NCBI GenBank assembly: GCA_963786955.1
Contig: CAWBAT010000005.1
Span: forward strand, 896,001-960,000
Direction of reading: 5' to 3'
Length of the DNA: 64,000 bases
DNA from: an uncultured Acidimicrobiia bacterium
GTDB taxonomy: Bacteria; Acidobacteriota; Terriglobia; Versatilivoradales; Versatilivoraceae
Positions 1 through 9,440 of the stretch are shown here, in pieces; the stretch's first letter is position 1, and every line of letters starts with the position of its first letter. Made by a program: the position numbers and the translations under genes. The notes below the pieces were generated by a model, which worked only from the letters and a program-made list of their open reading frames with translations, was not told the origin of the DNA and did not search any database.

Positions 1-1246
1 ACAGGCAGCACTGATATTGCTTTCCCTGGTCGTGATTCTAATGGGGGCCAAGCTGGGGGGCGATGCCTTTGAGCGACTTCGCCAGCCCGCCGTCCTTGGT
101 GAGCTTCTCTTTGGAGTCATTCTCGGCAATCTCTCGATCCTGGGGTTTCACGGGATGGATTACCTTAAAACCAACGAAGTCATCAGTACGTTAGCTGAAA
201 TCGGAGTCATCTTCTTACTCTTCGAGGTCGGTTTGGAGTCCAATATCAAAGAGATGTTGGAAGTGGGAGCATCCTCCTTTTTGGTGGCCACGGTCGGTGT
301 CATTTGCCCGATGATTTTGGGTTGGTGGATCAGCTCTATTTTTCTCCCCGAATCTGGCACTTTGGTTCATATATTTATTGGGGCTACGCTCTGTGCAACC
401 AGTGTCGGGATTACCGCCAGAGTCCTAAAAGATCTCGGAAAGTCAAACCAGAAGGAAGCTCGGATCATCCTGGGGGCTGCGGTAATTGACGACGTCATGG
501 GGTTGGTCGTATTGGCTGCTGTGAGCGGCATTATTAAGGCGGCCGACCGGGGTACTTTCGGAGTCTCTCCAGTCGAAATTGGAATCATCATCCTTAAAGC
601 CACCTTATTTTTTGTAGCCTCTATTTGGTTGGGATCGAAGATCGCGCCGCAGTTGTTCAGACTCGCGTCGTTGCCCAGAATTCGCGGCATGCTTCTGATT
701 ACGAGCATCAGTTTTTGCTTCTTTCTCTCATATCTTGCAAGCCTGATCGATCTCGCTCCGATTGTCGGGGCCTTTGCAGCCGGTTTAATACTTGATCCCG
801 TTCATTACCAGGATTTACAGCGTCGTGAAAATAAAGGGATTGAGGAACTCATTCATCCCATTGTGTCATTTCTTGTTCCGATATTCTTCGTTCTGATGGG
901 AGTTCGGGTCGAACTTCGGACATTTGCCGACCCCAGTATCTTGACCTTCGCCGTGATCTTGACGACCGTTGCCATTGTCGGAAAACAAGCATGTTCTTTG
1001 GGGGTATTGGAAAAGGGGCTCGACCGGCTTTCTGTTGGTATCGGAATGATTCCCCGAGGAGAGGTGGGATTGATTTTTGCCAGCATAGGGTCAACCCTGT
1101 TACTCAAGGGGAAACCGGTCATCATCAACTCGACCTACTCTGCCGTTGTGATCATGGTGATCTTGACGACTTTGGTGACACCACCGGTATTGAAGATATC
1201 CCTAGAACGTGGCGAGAAAATTAAAAAGAAAAAGGGAATTCAATAG
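1..1246 (+). CDS. Cation:proton antiporter (CPA2, NapA/Kef-like), 5'-partial
   Basis: About 12 hydrophobic segments with motifs LFEVGLE, ATSVGIT, AAVIDDV and GMIPRGEVG. The frame is open back to the window edge, so the start is probably upstream. Confidence 0.88.
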   Translation, partial: QAALILLSLVVILMGAKLGGDAFERLRQPAVLGELLFGVILGNLSILGFHGMDYLKTNEVISTLAEIGVIFLLFEVGLESNIKEMLEVGASSFLVATVGVICPMILGWWISSIFLPESGTLVHIFIGATLCATSVGITARVLKDLGKSNQKEARIILGAAVIDDVMGLVVLAAVSGIIKAADRGTFGVSPVEIGIIILKATLFFVASIWLGSKIAPQLFRLASLPRIRGMLLITSISFCFFLSYLASLIDLAPIVGAFAAGLILDPVHYQDLQRRENKGIEELIHPIVSFLVPIFFVLMGVRVELRTFADPSILTFAVILTTVAIVGKQACSLGVLEKGLDRLSVGIGMIPRGEVGLIFASIGSTLLLKGKPVIINSTYSAVVIMVILTTLVTPPVLKISLERGEKIKKKKGIQ

Positions 1247-1291
1247 CCGCCTAATTTGGCCGGTGGGACATTGACATCAGAGATTGCCCCT

Positions 1292-1828
1292 ATGCAAGGA
1301 TGGTCAGCATCAAGAATTCTGTTTGCCGTTGGTTTGTTCACCGCTTGCTGCCTGTCTTTCTCTTGCTCTTCAACCCCTTCCCAGGGACCTGTTGCTCGTG
1401 GAGATATCGCCCCCGATTTCACTTGCAGCGACCAAGCGGGCAAGCAGCAGTGGCTTTCCGCCCTCCGCGGAAAGGTCGTGCTGGTCAATTTCTGGGCAAC
1501 TTGGTGTTCTCCCTGTCGTGAAGAGCTACCCTCCTTACAGGCGCTCCAAAAGAAATTCCCTTCGAACGATCTCGTAATTCTGGCGCTTAGCGTCGATGAT
1601 TCCTGGGGACCCATCAACAGGTTCATGGCACAAAATCAGTTCACGATCCCGGTGTATGCGGACTTTGACAAAAAGATCTCGAGTCGTTACGGGACAGTTA
1701 TGTATCCGGAGACCTATGTGGTCGACAAACAAGGTAGGGTTGCCTACAAAGTCGTAGGCGCGATCGACTGGACTTCATCGGAAATGTTAAAGTTTCTCAA
1801 CGTGCTGATCCTAGAAGGTAAACCATAA
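1292..1828 (+). CDS. TlpA/ResA-family thiol-disulfide oxidoreductase, probable lipoprotein
   Basis: VLVNFWATWCSPCREE (CxxC) and YPETYVVD cis-Pro loop. N-terminal hydrophobic stretch ends in FSC. Alternative TTG start at 1256. Confidence 0.9.
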   Translation: MQGWSASRILFAVGLFTACCLSFSCSSTPSQGPVARGDIAPDFTCSDQAGKQQWLSALRGKVVLVNFWATWCSPCREELPSLQALQKKFPSNDLVILALSVDDSWGPINRFMAQNQFTIPVYADFDKKISSRYGTVMYPETYVVDKQGRVAYKVVGAIDWTSSEMLKFLNVLILEGKP

Positions 1829-1845
1829 ACGGAACCCGGCAGTTC

Positions 1846-3282
1846 TCATCGGTCCCGGACGACCCCAAGTCCCGGTCCATTGAGTCCTCCGGTCTCAAAT
1901 CGCCCTTGGGACACCTTGAATATCCCCGGGAATTTGGCAACCCACTCCTGGTTGGCGGAGGGCACATATTGGCGACTGTTGGCTTCAATGGTTGAGACTC
2001 CGGGAATACGGGCTGCCATCCCTACGGAATGAACCAAGGATGCCCCCGGACAAGTGAGGTCCTGAACACACAGAAAAGACTTGGCCCTCTGCGCAACAGC
2101 AGCCATCAGAAGCGCATTGCTTTGGCCTTTGCAGACCTTTAGAGCAACGCCGCTGTAGCCGAGTTGGCGTGAAAGGTGAAAGCTTTCCAGATCAATCAGG
2201 GACTCATCGATGACCACGGGCATAATTGCCGCAACTTGATGCATATCGTTTTGCATATTCGATTTCAAGTCTCTGGCCGTCGGCTGCTCAATATACTGGA
2301 GACGCTGCAGGAATCCCGGGGATTGTCTTTTTACAGCATCCAGAAAGGCAAGTAAATAGTCCACATCCTTGCAGTGCTCATTAAAATCGCAGCAATACTT
2401 CCACTCCTTGCCCCCCCGCCGTGCCTCCGCCTCGGCAACTATTTTCTCTATGCTCACTACTCTTTCAACGTCTGCAGTCAAGTCGGCACCATTCAGTTTG
2501 ATCTTGAAATGAGTGATGGCCTCTTTCTCGATCCATTCGGCAAGGGTCTCGGGTAAATCGTCGTGAATTCGAAAGCGAAGATCCAGATCACTGAGGGGGT
2601 CTAAAGCCCCGACAGAGTGATATAGGGAGACGAAAGGTGTCGGAGTGCTCGAGATATACTTATCCAGATACTCTCCCGCAAATTCCGGTCCCAGATAGTG
2701 GCCGAGGTCATGGGCCATGAAGGCCGGTCCATAGCCAAGATAGCAGTTGATGGAGTTCGCTTTGCCAAAGGCATCATGAATGGCCGCATCAAAAGGGCTG
2801 GCCGTGACCAAAGTGCATAAGGCAGGGATGGGCTCAGCCAGATTCATTTCTGAAGACACGCAACGGGCCTCTTGAAGGTAGCTGGATTCGGATTCCCGTT
2901 GGATATCGATGGGGTGAGAATATTTCCGGTAATCAGAGAGCAACCCTTCAATCTTGGCAGCCAACTTTTTCATTGCTTCCAGCGACGCATCGTAGCTAAC
3001 CTCCTGCGAAGGGAAAGACCACAGATTCCCCAGGGGCATTGAGCCAAATCCAGAGGCCTCTTTTCCTGAGCCTGAGACGACCCGAACGGTGACGTTGAGC
3101 AGAGTGACCCGGTCAACCGTTCTACCCCCAAATTGAAAAGGAGAGCGGTACTTGTAGTCATCGAATTGGTGCTGGACGTCCAGAATGCGAATATGACCGG
3201 GGTGGAGTCGATTCGGGTCGGAGAAAACTTTCATGGAATCCGTTGCCAAGCTTGCAGCCTTTAGCGGCAGGGATATCTCCAA
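1846..3282 (-). CDS. Enolase-superfamily (mandelate racemase/muconate lactonizing-like) protein of unknown substrate
   Basis: KxK motif (HFKIKLNG), metal ligands DFNE / EQP / DES, and ALKVCKG. GAGGGA SD precedes the TTG start. Confidence 0.75.
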   Translation of the reverse strand: MEISLPLKAASLATDSMKVFSDPNRLHPGHIRILDVQHQFDDYKYRSPFQFGGRTVDRVTLLNVTVRVVSGSGKEASGFGSMPLGNLWSFPSQEVSYDASLEAMKKLAAKIEGLLSDYRKYSHPIDIQRESESSYLQEARCVSSEMNLAEPIPALCTLVTASPFDAAIHDAFGKANSINCYLGYGPAFMAHDLGHYLGPEFAGEYLDKYISSTPTPFVSLYHSVGALDPLSDLDLRFRIHDDLPETLAEWIEKEAITHFKIKLNGADLTADVERVVSIEKIVAEAEARRGGKEWKYCCDFNEHCKDVDYLLAFLDAVKRQSPGFLQRLQYIEQPTARDLKSNMQNDMHQVAAIMPVVIDESLIDLESFHLSRQLGYSGVALKVCKGQSNALLMAAVAQRAKSFLCVQDLTCPGASLVHSVGMAARIPGVSTIEANSRQYVPSANQEWVAKFPGIFKVSQGRFETGGLNGPGLGVVRDR

Positions 3283-3330
3283 CGCTCCCTCACGGAGACA
3301 GTCCTTGCAGTTTATCCAATGATTCCGCTT

Positions 3331-4212
3331 TCAGTGAGCGATATCACGATGGCTAACCTTCGTTTTTAGACCCCGAGAGGATAGCATTCCATTCAATTCG
3401 TTGGCGATCATGACCGAACGGTGCTTGCCCCCAGTGCAGCCCACCGAGATGGTCAAATAGCTTTTGCCTTCGATCATGTAATTCGGGATCAAAAATAGCA
3501 AAAGCTCGGAAAGGCGGCGGATCAATTCAATTGATTGGGAAAAAGACCTGATATAGTCGATGACTTCTTTGTCTTGCCCAGTTTTACTTTTCAAGCGTCT
3601 CACAAAATTGGGATTGGGAAGAAAACGGACATCAAACATCAGATCTGATTCCAGAGGGATACCATACTTGAAGCCGAAGCTAATGAGAGAAATCAACAGA
3701 GGAGAAGCTGAGGTTTTTCGATGAAATTTATCTGCGATAAAACGTCGCAGTTCATGGACATTGAATTGGCTAGTATCAATGACGGTATCCGCCAATTTCT
3801 TGAGGGGCCGTAAGCGTCGTCGTTCTTCGCGGAGGGCTATCCCGATCGGTTTGTCGTGGGTCAGAGGGTGTGGGCGTCGTGTTTCACTGTAGCGCCGGAT
3901 GAGGGAGTCATTCGAGGACTCCAGAAAAATCAAATTCACTTGCAGTTCCGATTTCTTGAGCTTTTGAAACACTTTGGGAAATCTGAGGAGTTCCTTCCCT
4001 TCGCGAACATCAATGACAATGGCTGCCGGTCTCGTTTTGGTCCCGGCTCCCTGTGAGAACTCGGCAAATTTTGAGACAAAATCTAACGGAAGGTTGTCGA
4101 CACAAAAATAACCCATATCCTCAAAGGCATTGAGAACGGTCCCTTTGCCCGACCCACTGAGGCCCGTGATAATGGCAAACGGCGTCTTGTCCGATTCCAA
4201 TTCCTCTTTCAT
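3331..4212 (-). CDS. rapZ: RNase adapter RapZ / YvcJ P-loop nucleotide-binding protein
   Basis: [58 protein letters not shown]. Follows rpoN-hpf. Confidence 0.95.
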   Translation of the reverse strand: MKEELESDKTPFAIITGLSGSGKGTVLNAFEDMGYFCVDNLPLDFVSKFAEFSQGAGTKTRPAAIVIDVREGKELLRFPKVFQKLKKSELQVNLIFLESSNDSLIRRYSETRRPHPLTHDKPIGIALREERRRLRPLKKLADTVIDTSQFNVHELRRFIADKFHRKTSASPLLISLISFGFKYGIPLESDLMFDVRFLPNPNFVRRLKSKTGQDKEVIDYIRSFSQSIELIRRLSELLLFLIPNYMIEGKSYLTISVGCTGGKHRSVMIANELNGMLSSRGLKTKVSHRDIAH

Positions 4213-4216
4213 AAAT

Positions 4217-4753
4217 TCATGAGGGCTCAATCAGGCCAAAATTTCCGTCTTTCCGCTTATAGACGACACTGACCTTGTCGGATTCCGCATCTCGAAAAAC
4301 CAGAAAATCGGATTTTGAACTGGTGACCTCGAGCACGGCTTCCTCGACGGTCATGGGTTTGGGCGCATACGATTCGGATCGGATGATCCTCGGCTGCTCG
4401 GGATTGGCGCGATTGCGTTCGATAACACCGAGTGGGCGACCACTATTTCCTGAAGATAATTTCCTTTTTTTGGCGATTTTCCGGTCTTTGGCTTTGAGGG
4501 CTTGGCGCTCGATCTTTACTAGAACGGCATTAATCGAAGAATACATGTCATTGGTTTCTTCCAACCCGTTGAGCTTAAAAGAAGTCGATTTTAAATTGAT
4601 CTCAGCAATATGTCTGTATTTCTCCACCGTTAAAATCGCATGAACCTCGATGCTTTCACCCAGGAGTTTCCTTATTTTTTTCAGATGATCTTCTGTGAAC
4701 TTCTGGATGGCTGGCGTGACCTCTATCTGTCTGCCGGTATATTCAACTCGCAT
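4217..4753 (-). CDS. hpf: Ribosome hibernation promoting factor, long form
   Basis: MRVEYTGRQIEVTPAI N-domain plus C-terminal KPMTVEEA...VVYKRKDGNFGLIEP domain. Downstream of rpoN. Confidence 0.93.
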   Translation of the reverse strand: MRVEYTGRQIEVTPAIQKFTEDHLKKIRKLLGESIEVHAILTVEKYRHIAEINLKSTSFKLNGLEETNDMYSSINAVLVKIERQALKAKDRKIAKKRKLSSGNSGRPLGVIERNRANPEQPRIIRSESYAPKPMTVEEAVLEVTSSKSDFLVFRDAESDKVSVVYKRKDGNFGLIEPS

Positions 4754-4863
4754 GAGAACCCTCCATGACGTTGAAGATGACAAAACCCATTCGGTAAGGA
4801 AAAAGAACTGCTGCTCATTCTCAAAGAAAAGATGATCTTCCGGTAAGCCTGGCTATCGGATGG

Positions 4864-6366
4864 TTATGGATCAACGGGGGGACTACACAACGGCTGTACA
4901 TTCTTGATTTTGACCCTTCGCTGGTGAGTGCTGGGGATCTTCATATCTTCACGATACTTGGCTACGGTTCGACGGGTGACCATGATTCCCTCGTCATTTA
5001 AAAGTTTCGTGATTTGCTCGTCGGTCAATGGTTTCGCTGGATCCTCATTCTCAATGAGCTTTCTCACTTTCCGTTTGGCTGTGAGCAAGGGGATATCCGT
5101 TCCCGCCGGACCCTGGACGGCTTCCGAGAAGAAATATCTGAGTTCATAGACCCCCTGGGGTGTATGCGCATATTTATTGGCCACGGCTCGACTGACGGTT
5201 GAGGGATGGACCCCGACTTCTTCCGCTATGTCTTTGATCATCATCGGGCGCAAATGATCAATCCCTCTGTCCAGAAAATCTTTCTGGCGAATCACAATCG
5301 ATTCGCAAACTTTTAGAATAGTTTGCTTGCGCTGCTCAATGTTCTTGATGAACTGCAGGGCTGAGGAGTACCGCTCTTTGACATAATCTCTGACTTCCCG
5401 AGAGGCTCCATCTTTATCAATCATCTTCTTATAGGACCCATTCAACCGCAATTGAGGGACATCATCTTCGTTCATCACCACGGAATAACCCTCATCATTT
5501 TTCACAATGTGAATATCTAACTCGATCTGGCGCGTTTCCGCCTTGTTGTAACGTTGCCCGGGGCGAGGATCCAATTTCTTGATGATATCGAGTTGAGCCA
5601 GGATGACATTCAGGGGGCGTCCTAGAATCCGGGCGATCTCCTGATATTGCTTATTCTGCAAATGCTTCAAATGATGCTTGACGATCTCTGCGGCAATCGT
5701 CTCTTCCCCCTCCAGATGTTTCAACTGGATGAGAAGGCACTCGCTCAAATCCCGTGCGGCAATCCCAGACGGGTCAAAAGTCTGAACCAGGCTCAATGCT
5801 TCGCTGACATCTTCAAGAGTATGCCCACCGGTCGTCGCAATCTCCTCCAATAGGGCGGTTAGATAACCATCTTCATTGAGATTGCCAATGATTGAGATGG
5901 CGGCCTCTTTGATTTCCGGATGAATCAAACAGAGATTGAGTTGCCATTGCAAATGGTCATAGAGGGTTGTCTTCTTTGCCAGAAAACTTTCAAAAGACGG
6001 CCGTTCAATTTCTTCGCTCGGCATTTGGGTCCGGAAACCAGGATCCAAGTACTCGTCGAAAAAGTTGTGATAGTCGATTTGTTCAAAAGGATCATCGTGC
6101 TTGCCGATCGCTTCTTTGCCAACATCGATGATTTCCTTGTCCGCTGGTTCTCCGACACGTTCCTCTTTGCTGTGAGCTTCTTCAGCGGCGGTTGGGGTAG
6201 GTTCGGCGACTTCTTCAAGAACAGGGTTCTCCATCAACTCTTGAGAGATCATTTCGGAGAGTTCCAACTTATTTAAAGCCAATACACTGACCATCTGGAC
6301 CAAGCCAGGAGTCAGGATTTGCTTTTGTGACAACTTAACATTGAGTCGCTGTTCCAAAAATGCCAT
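4864..6366 (-). CDS. rpoN: RNA polymerase sigma-54 factor
   Basis: Region I (LSQKQILTPGLVQ), HTH VGVHPSTVSRA, RpoN box TRRTVAKYRE. Confidence 0.97.
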   Translation of the reverse strand: MAFLEQRLNVKLSQKQILTPGLVQMVSVLALNKLELSEMISQELMENPVLEEVAEPTPTAAEEAHSKEERVGEPADKEIIDVGKEAIGKHDDPFEQIDYHNFFDEYLDPGFRTQMPSEEIERPSFESFLAKKTTLYDHLQWQLNLCLIHPEIKEAAISIIGNLNEDGYLTALLEEIATTGGHTLEDVSEALSLVQTFDPSGIAARDLSECLLIQLKHLEGEETIAAEIVKHHLKHLQNKQYQEIARILGRPLNVILAQLDIIKKLDPRPGQRYNKAETRQIELDIHIVKNDEGYSVVMNEDDVPQLRLNGSYKKMIDKDGASREVRDYVKERYSSALQFIKNIEQRKQTILKVCESIVIRQKDFLDRGIDHLRPMMIKDIAEEVGVHPSTVSRAVANKYAHTPQGVYELRYFFSEAVQGPAGTDIPLLTAKRKVRKLIENEDPAKPLTDEQITKLLNDEGIMVTRRTVAKYREDMKIPSTHQRRVKIKNVQPLCSPPVDP

Positions 6367-6374
6367 GGAAATCC

Positions 6375-7106
6375 CTACTCCAATCGAAAACCTTCACCTA
6401 GGTAAAGCTTCCTCACTTCAACGTCGGCGGCAAGCTCTGCCGGGCTGCCAGAGCGAAAGATTTGCCCTTCATTGATAATGTACGCAGTATCGGTCACTTT
6501 AAGTGTTTCACGCACATTGTGGTCCGTAATCAAGATTCCAATCTGCTTTGACTTGAGGTGGTTGATAATCCGCTGAATGTCCAGGACAGCGATCGGGTCA
6601 ATCCCGGCAAATGGTTCATCCAGTAAAATAAAAGAGGGGGAAATGACCAGCGAACGTGCAATCTCGACCCTCCGTCTTTCGCCCCCCGAGAGCATAAATC
6701 CTTGATTCTTGCAAACATGCCGCAACCCCAGTTCTTCAATCAGTTCGTCCAGTCGTTCTCTCCGCTGTTTTCCATTGAGTGGCAACGTCTGCAGAATTGC
6801 CAGGATGTTTTCTTCGACAGATAACTTTCGGAAAATCGATGGCTCTTGAGGGAGATAACTGATCCCGCTTCTCGCCCGGAGGAACATGGGCAAATACGTA
6901 ATGTCTCGCTCATCAAGGTAAACTCTACCTTTCTCCGGCGCCGTCAACCCGACAATAATATAAAAGGTCGTCGTTTTTCCGGCTCCATTTGGACCTAAAA
7001 GTCCGACAACTTCGCCTTGTCGAATCCCGAGACTGACCTCATTGACAACTCTGCGCCCCCGATACGTCTTGACTAAATTCTCCGTTTTCAAGATCTGCAT
7101 CATCAC
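6375..7106 (-). CDS. lptB: LPS export ABC transporter ATP-binding protein
   Basis: [61 protein letters not shown]. Upstream of rpoN. Confidence 0.96.
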   Translation of the reverse strand: MMMQILKTENLVKTYRGRRVVNEVSLGIRQGEVVGLLGPNGAGKTTTFYIIVGLTAPEKGRVYLDERDITYLPMFLRARSGISYLPQEPSIFRKLSVEENILAILQTLPLNGKQRRERLDELIEELGLRHVCKNQGFMLSGGERRRVEIARSLVISPSFILLDEPFAGIDPIAVLDIQRIINHLKSKQIGILITDHNVRETLKVTDTAYIINEGQIFRSGSPAELAADVEVRKLYLGEGFRLE

Positions 7107-9434
7107 TCATCTGGTTACGCGTTGCGTTGTAAACGATCGTTTCTCGGGGTCACCCTCAACAAAAATGCTACCATCATCAATGAACAAAGTCAACCGAGCC
7201 CCAGCCGTGGAACCCCGCGCCGAATCTGCAATCCTGGGCGATCCGCCTTCAAGAATCACCTTCCTATCCGAGGGGAAATATTCCGCTGATTCCGACGATG
7301 AGTCCCTTCCCGGTTGATGAATCTTGACATCACCTTGTGCCCACATTCTTTGAACCGTTTTTTTCCCGTCCTCAGATATAAAATAAACATCCAGCTGTTT
7401 CGACCTCATCGTTCCCATCTCATCCCAAACCTGAACATTGCCCGTGTACGTTGCCTGCTGCTGTAAATCTTCATACTGGAAATGGTCGGCAGTGACCGAG
7501 ATCGGCTTCTTTTCTTTCCGGGACCTGCCTGATTCCCCGGAATCCTTCTCGGAGTAAAACGTACTCTTGACAGATTTATCGGCAAACATCTTTCTTTCCT
7601 TACGATACAACAGGATGGTATCAGCTCGAATCACCTGGTCCCCTTGCCAGAGTTTCGCCTTCTTTTGGTAAGAGGCGGTGCCATCTAAGGTCTGAACCTC
7701 TAGGTAGTCCGAGGACGCAAATACTGGTGAATGGGTTCGAAAAGGGCCCGTTTCACCCGTCGACTCTCGATTCTCATAGGTTGATCGGACATTGCCCCAG
7801 GCTTTCACCAGATTCTCAGTCTGAAAAAATTCGACCCGGTCCGCCGTTGTCCTCAGCTTGGAGTCTTTAATCTGGGGCTCCCCCTCCATGACGAGCCTTT
7901 TCTCTGCGGCATAATAGGTGGCCTTAGAGGAGGTCGCAATCCGATCCAACTCTACATATTTGAAGTGACCCTTCTGGTTAAGCTGCGACATCTGCCTCGT
8001 TTCTTTATCAAATAAGGCTTCGAGCGTGTCGCTGGTTGTTACTTTAACCGGAGCTGCCGACGGAAACACTTCCACTCTTACTTGACGTTCTGCATAGAAT
8101 TTCTCCGGACGATTTGTGTTCGGGTCAAAGGTCAAGGTGAACAGCTTTGCCGTGAGGACTCGCTTTTCATCATTCCCTTCTAAAGGGAATTCCTCCAATA
8201 CACTTGCCCCGTGGGTCTTAATCACCGAAAACTCTTTCCCGTTTTCCCTGAGATAGGCCACCATTTCGGGGGACGTCAACCGTTTATCACCTGGCTCACA
8301 GCAATGGAGTGGCTCCACTGGCGAGCCTGGAGCGGCAGGCATAGCGGGAGTCGTCCGCGTGGCCTGCGTCGTATCACGAATGGTGAGGACAACATTCCCG
8401 TTGGCTTGCACGGTATGGATGATATTCGTTTTGGAATTAAATGCGATTTCAGAGCGATCGGAAGTCAGCAAACGTTTGAGGTCTGGGTCAAGTGAACGGA
8501 TCATTACCGCCCCCTGCAAGAAGATTCTATCCAGCCATCGCCCGGTTGTATCAAATACGTAGGTCCCGTGATCGGAAGAGGATTGAAGTAATACTTTCGG
8601 ATCCAGTGAGGTTGTGTTGACATGTCCGCTGGCCTCAATCCTGCTGACCGATGAATCCTCCGGTCGCAAGAAGGTCTCTATAAGATCTGCATGGAGCAAA
8701 TTCGGCCCTCGTTTCACAATCACTTTTGAACGAAGGATCAGCTGACTGGAGGTTTTTTCATAGTCGGCTTGATCGGATTGGATCTCGATGGGCGCCTCGC
8801 CTGGCTTAACCGGCTCGACGAAGATTACGACGCCTGCCTTGAGCCGCAGCGATTGACGGTTCGAATCATAAGAAAGCCCCCGGCTTTTCCCGTGGATTTT
8901 GCCCCGTGCAAAAACGAGGTCTTCTTCGGTTTCTATCAAACCGTTTGATTTAAGGTACTTGATCTTCTCAACCTGGATAGTGGTTAGTTTCTCTTCTGGA
9001 GGGGGTGCCGTCTTACGCTCGGTTGATTTTGTGACTAATTCACTGACCTTGATGACGACGTTGCCTAGAAACGTTATTTCTTCCTTCGTTTGATCGTATT
9101 CACAATGTCGACTCGTGACCGTGTCAAAAAAAAGTCCGTCTTTCCCAAAGATTTTGACCGTCACCTCTTCAAAGAAGTTTTTATTGTCCTTGAGCCCAAG
9201 ATTTACTCTGGCGTTAATTTCAAACTTCGGTTTTCCTTGTTCCGTCTGGACGTAAGTGAAGCCTTCGGTGGATGCTGAGACATTTTCGGGGAGCAATTTT
9301 CTCCCTTTTCCCTCCGGCCCTTGAATGGAGAAGGATCGCTTGTAAACGCTGACCCCGACAGCTCCCAAGACAGCAATCAGAATCAAGGCTGGGATGATTC
9401 GTCCTAATTTGATGAAAGGGGTTTCCAAGGCCAT
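7107..9434 (-). CDS. Membrane-anchored LptC/LptA(OstA)-like multi-beta-jellyroll LPS transport protein
   Basis: N-terminal TM helix, an LptC-like segment, then repeated LptA-like units (PIEIQSDQADY, PVFASSDYLEV, PISVTADHFQY...ATYTGNVQV). Abuts lptB. Confidence 0.8.
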   Translation of the reverse strand: MALETPFIKLGRIIPALILIAVLGAVGVSVYKRSFSIQGPEGKGRKLLPENVSASTEGFTYVQTEQGKPKFEINARVNLGLKDNKNFFEEVTVKIFGKDGLFFDTVTSRHCEYDQTKEEITFLGNVVIKVSELVTKSTERKTAPPPEEKLTTIQVEKIKYLKSNGLIETEEDLVFARGKIHGKSRGLSYDSNRQSLRLKAGVVIFVEPVKPGEAPIEIQSDQADYEKTSSQLILRSKVIVKRGPNLLHADLIETFLRPEDSSVSRIEASGHVNTTSLDPKVLLQSSSDHGTYVFDTTGRWLDRIFLQGAVMIRSLDPDLKRLLTSDRSEIAFNSKTNIIHTVQANGNVVLTIRDTTQATRTTPAMPAAPGSPVEPLHCCEPGDKRLTSPEMVAYLRENGKEFSVIKTHGASVLEEFPLEGNDEKRVLTAKLFTLTFDPNTNRPEKFYAERQVRVEVFPSAAPVKVTTSDTLEALFDKETRQMSQLNQKGHFKYVELDRIATSSKATYYAAEKRLVMEGEPQIKDSKLRTTADRVEFFQTENLVKAWGNVRSTYENRESTGETGPFRTHSPVFASSDYLEVQTLDGTASYQKKAKLWQGDQVIRADTILLYRKERKMFADKSVKSTFYSEKDSGESGRSRKEKKPISVTADHFQYEDLQQQATYTGNVQVWDEMGTMRSKQLDVYFISEDGKKTVQRMWAQGDVKIHQPGRDSSSESAEYFPSDRKVILEGGSPRIADSARGSTAGARLTLFIDDGSIFVEGDPEKRSFTTQRVTR

Positions 9435-9440
9435 TTGCCC

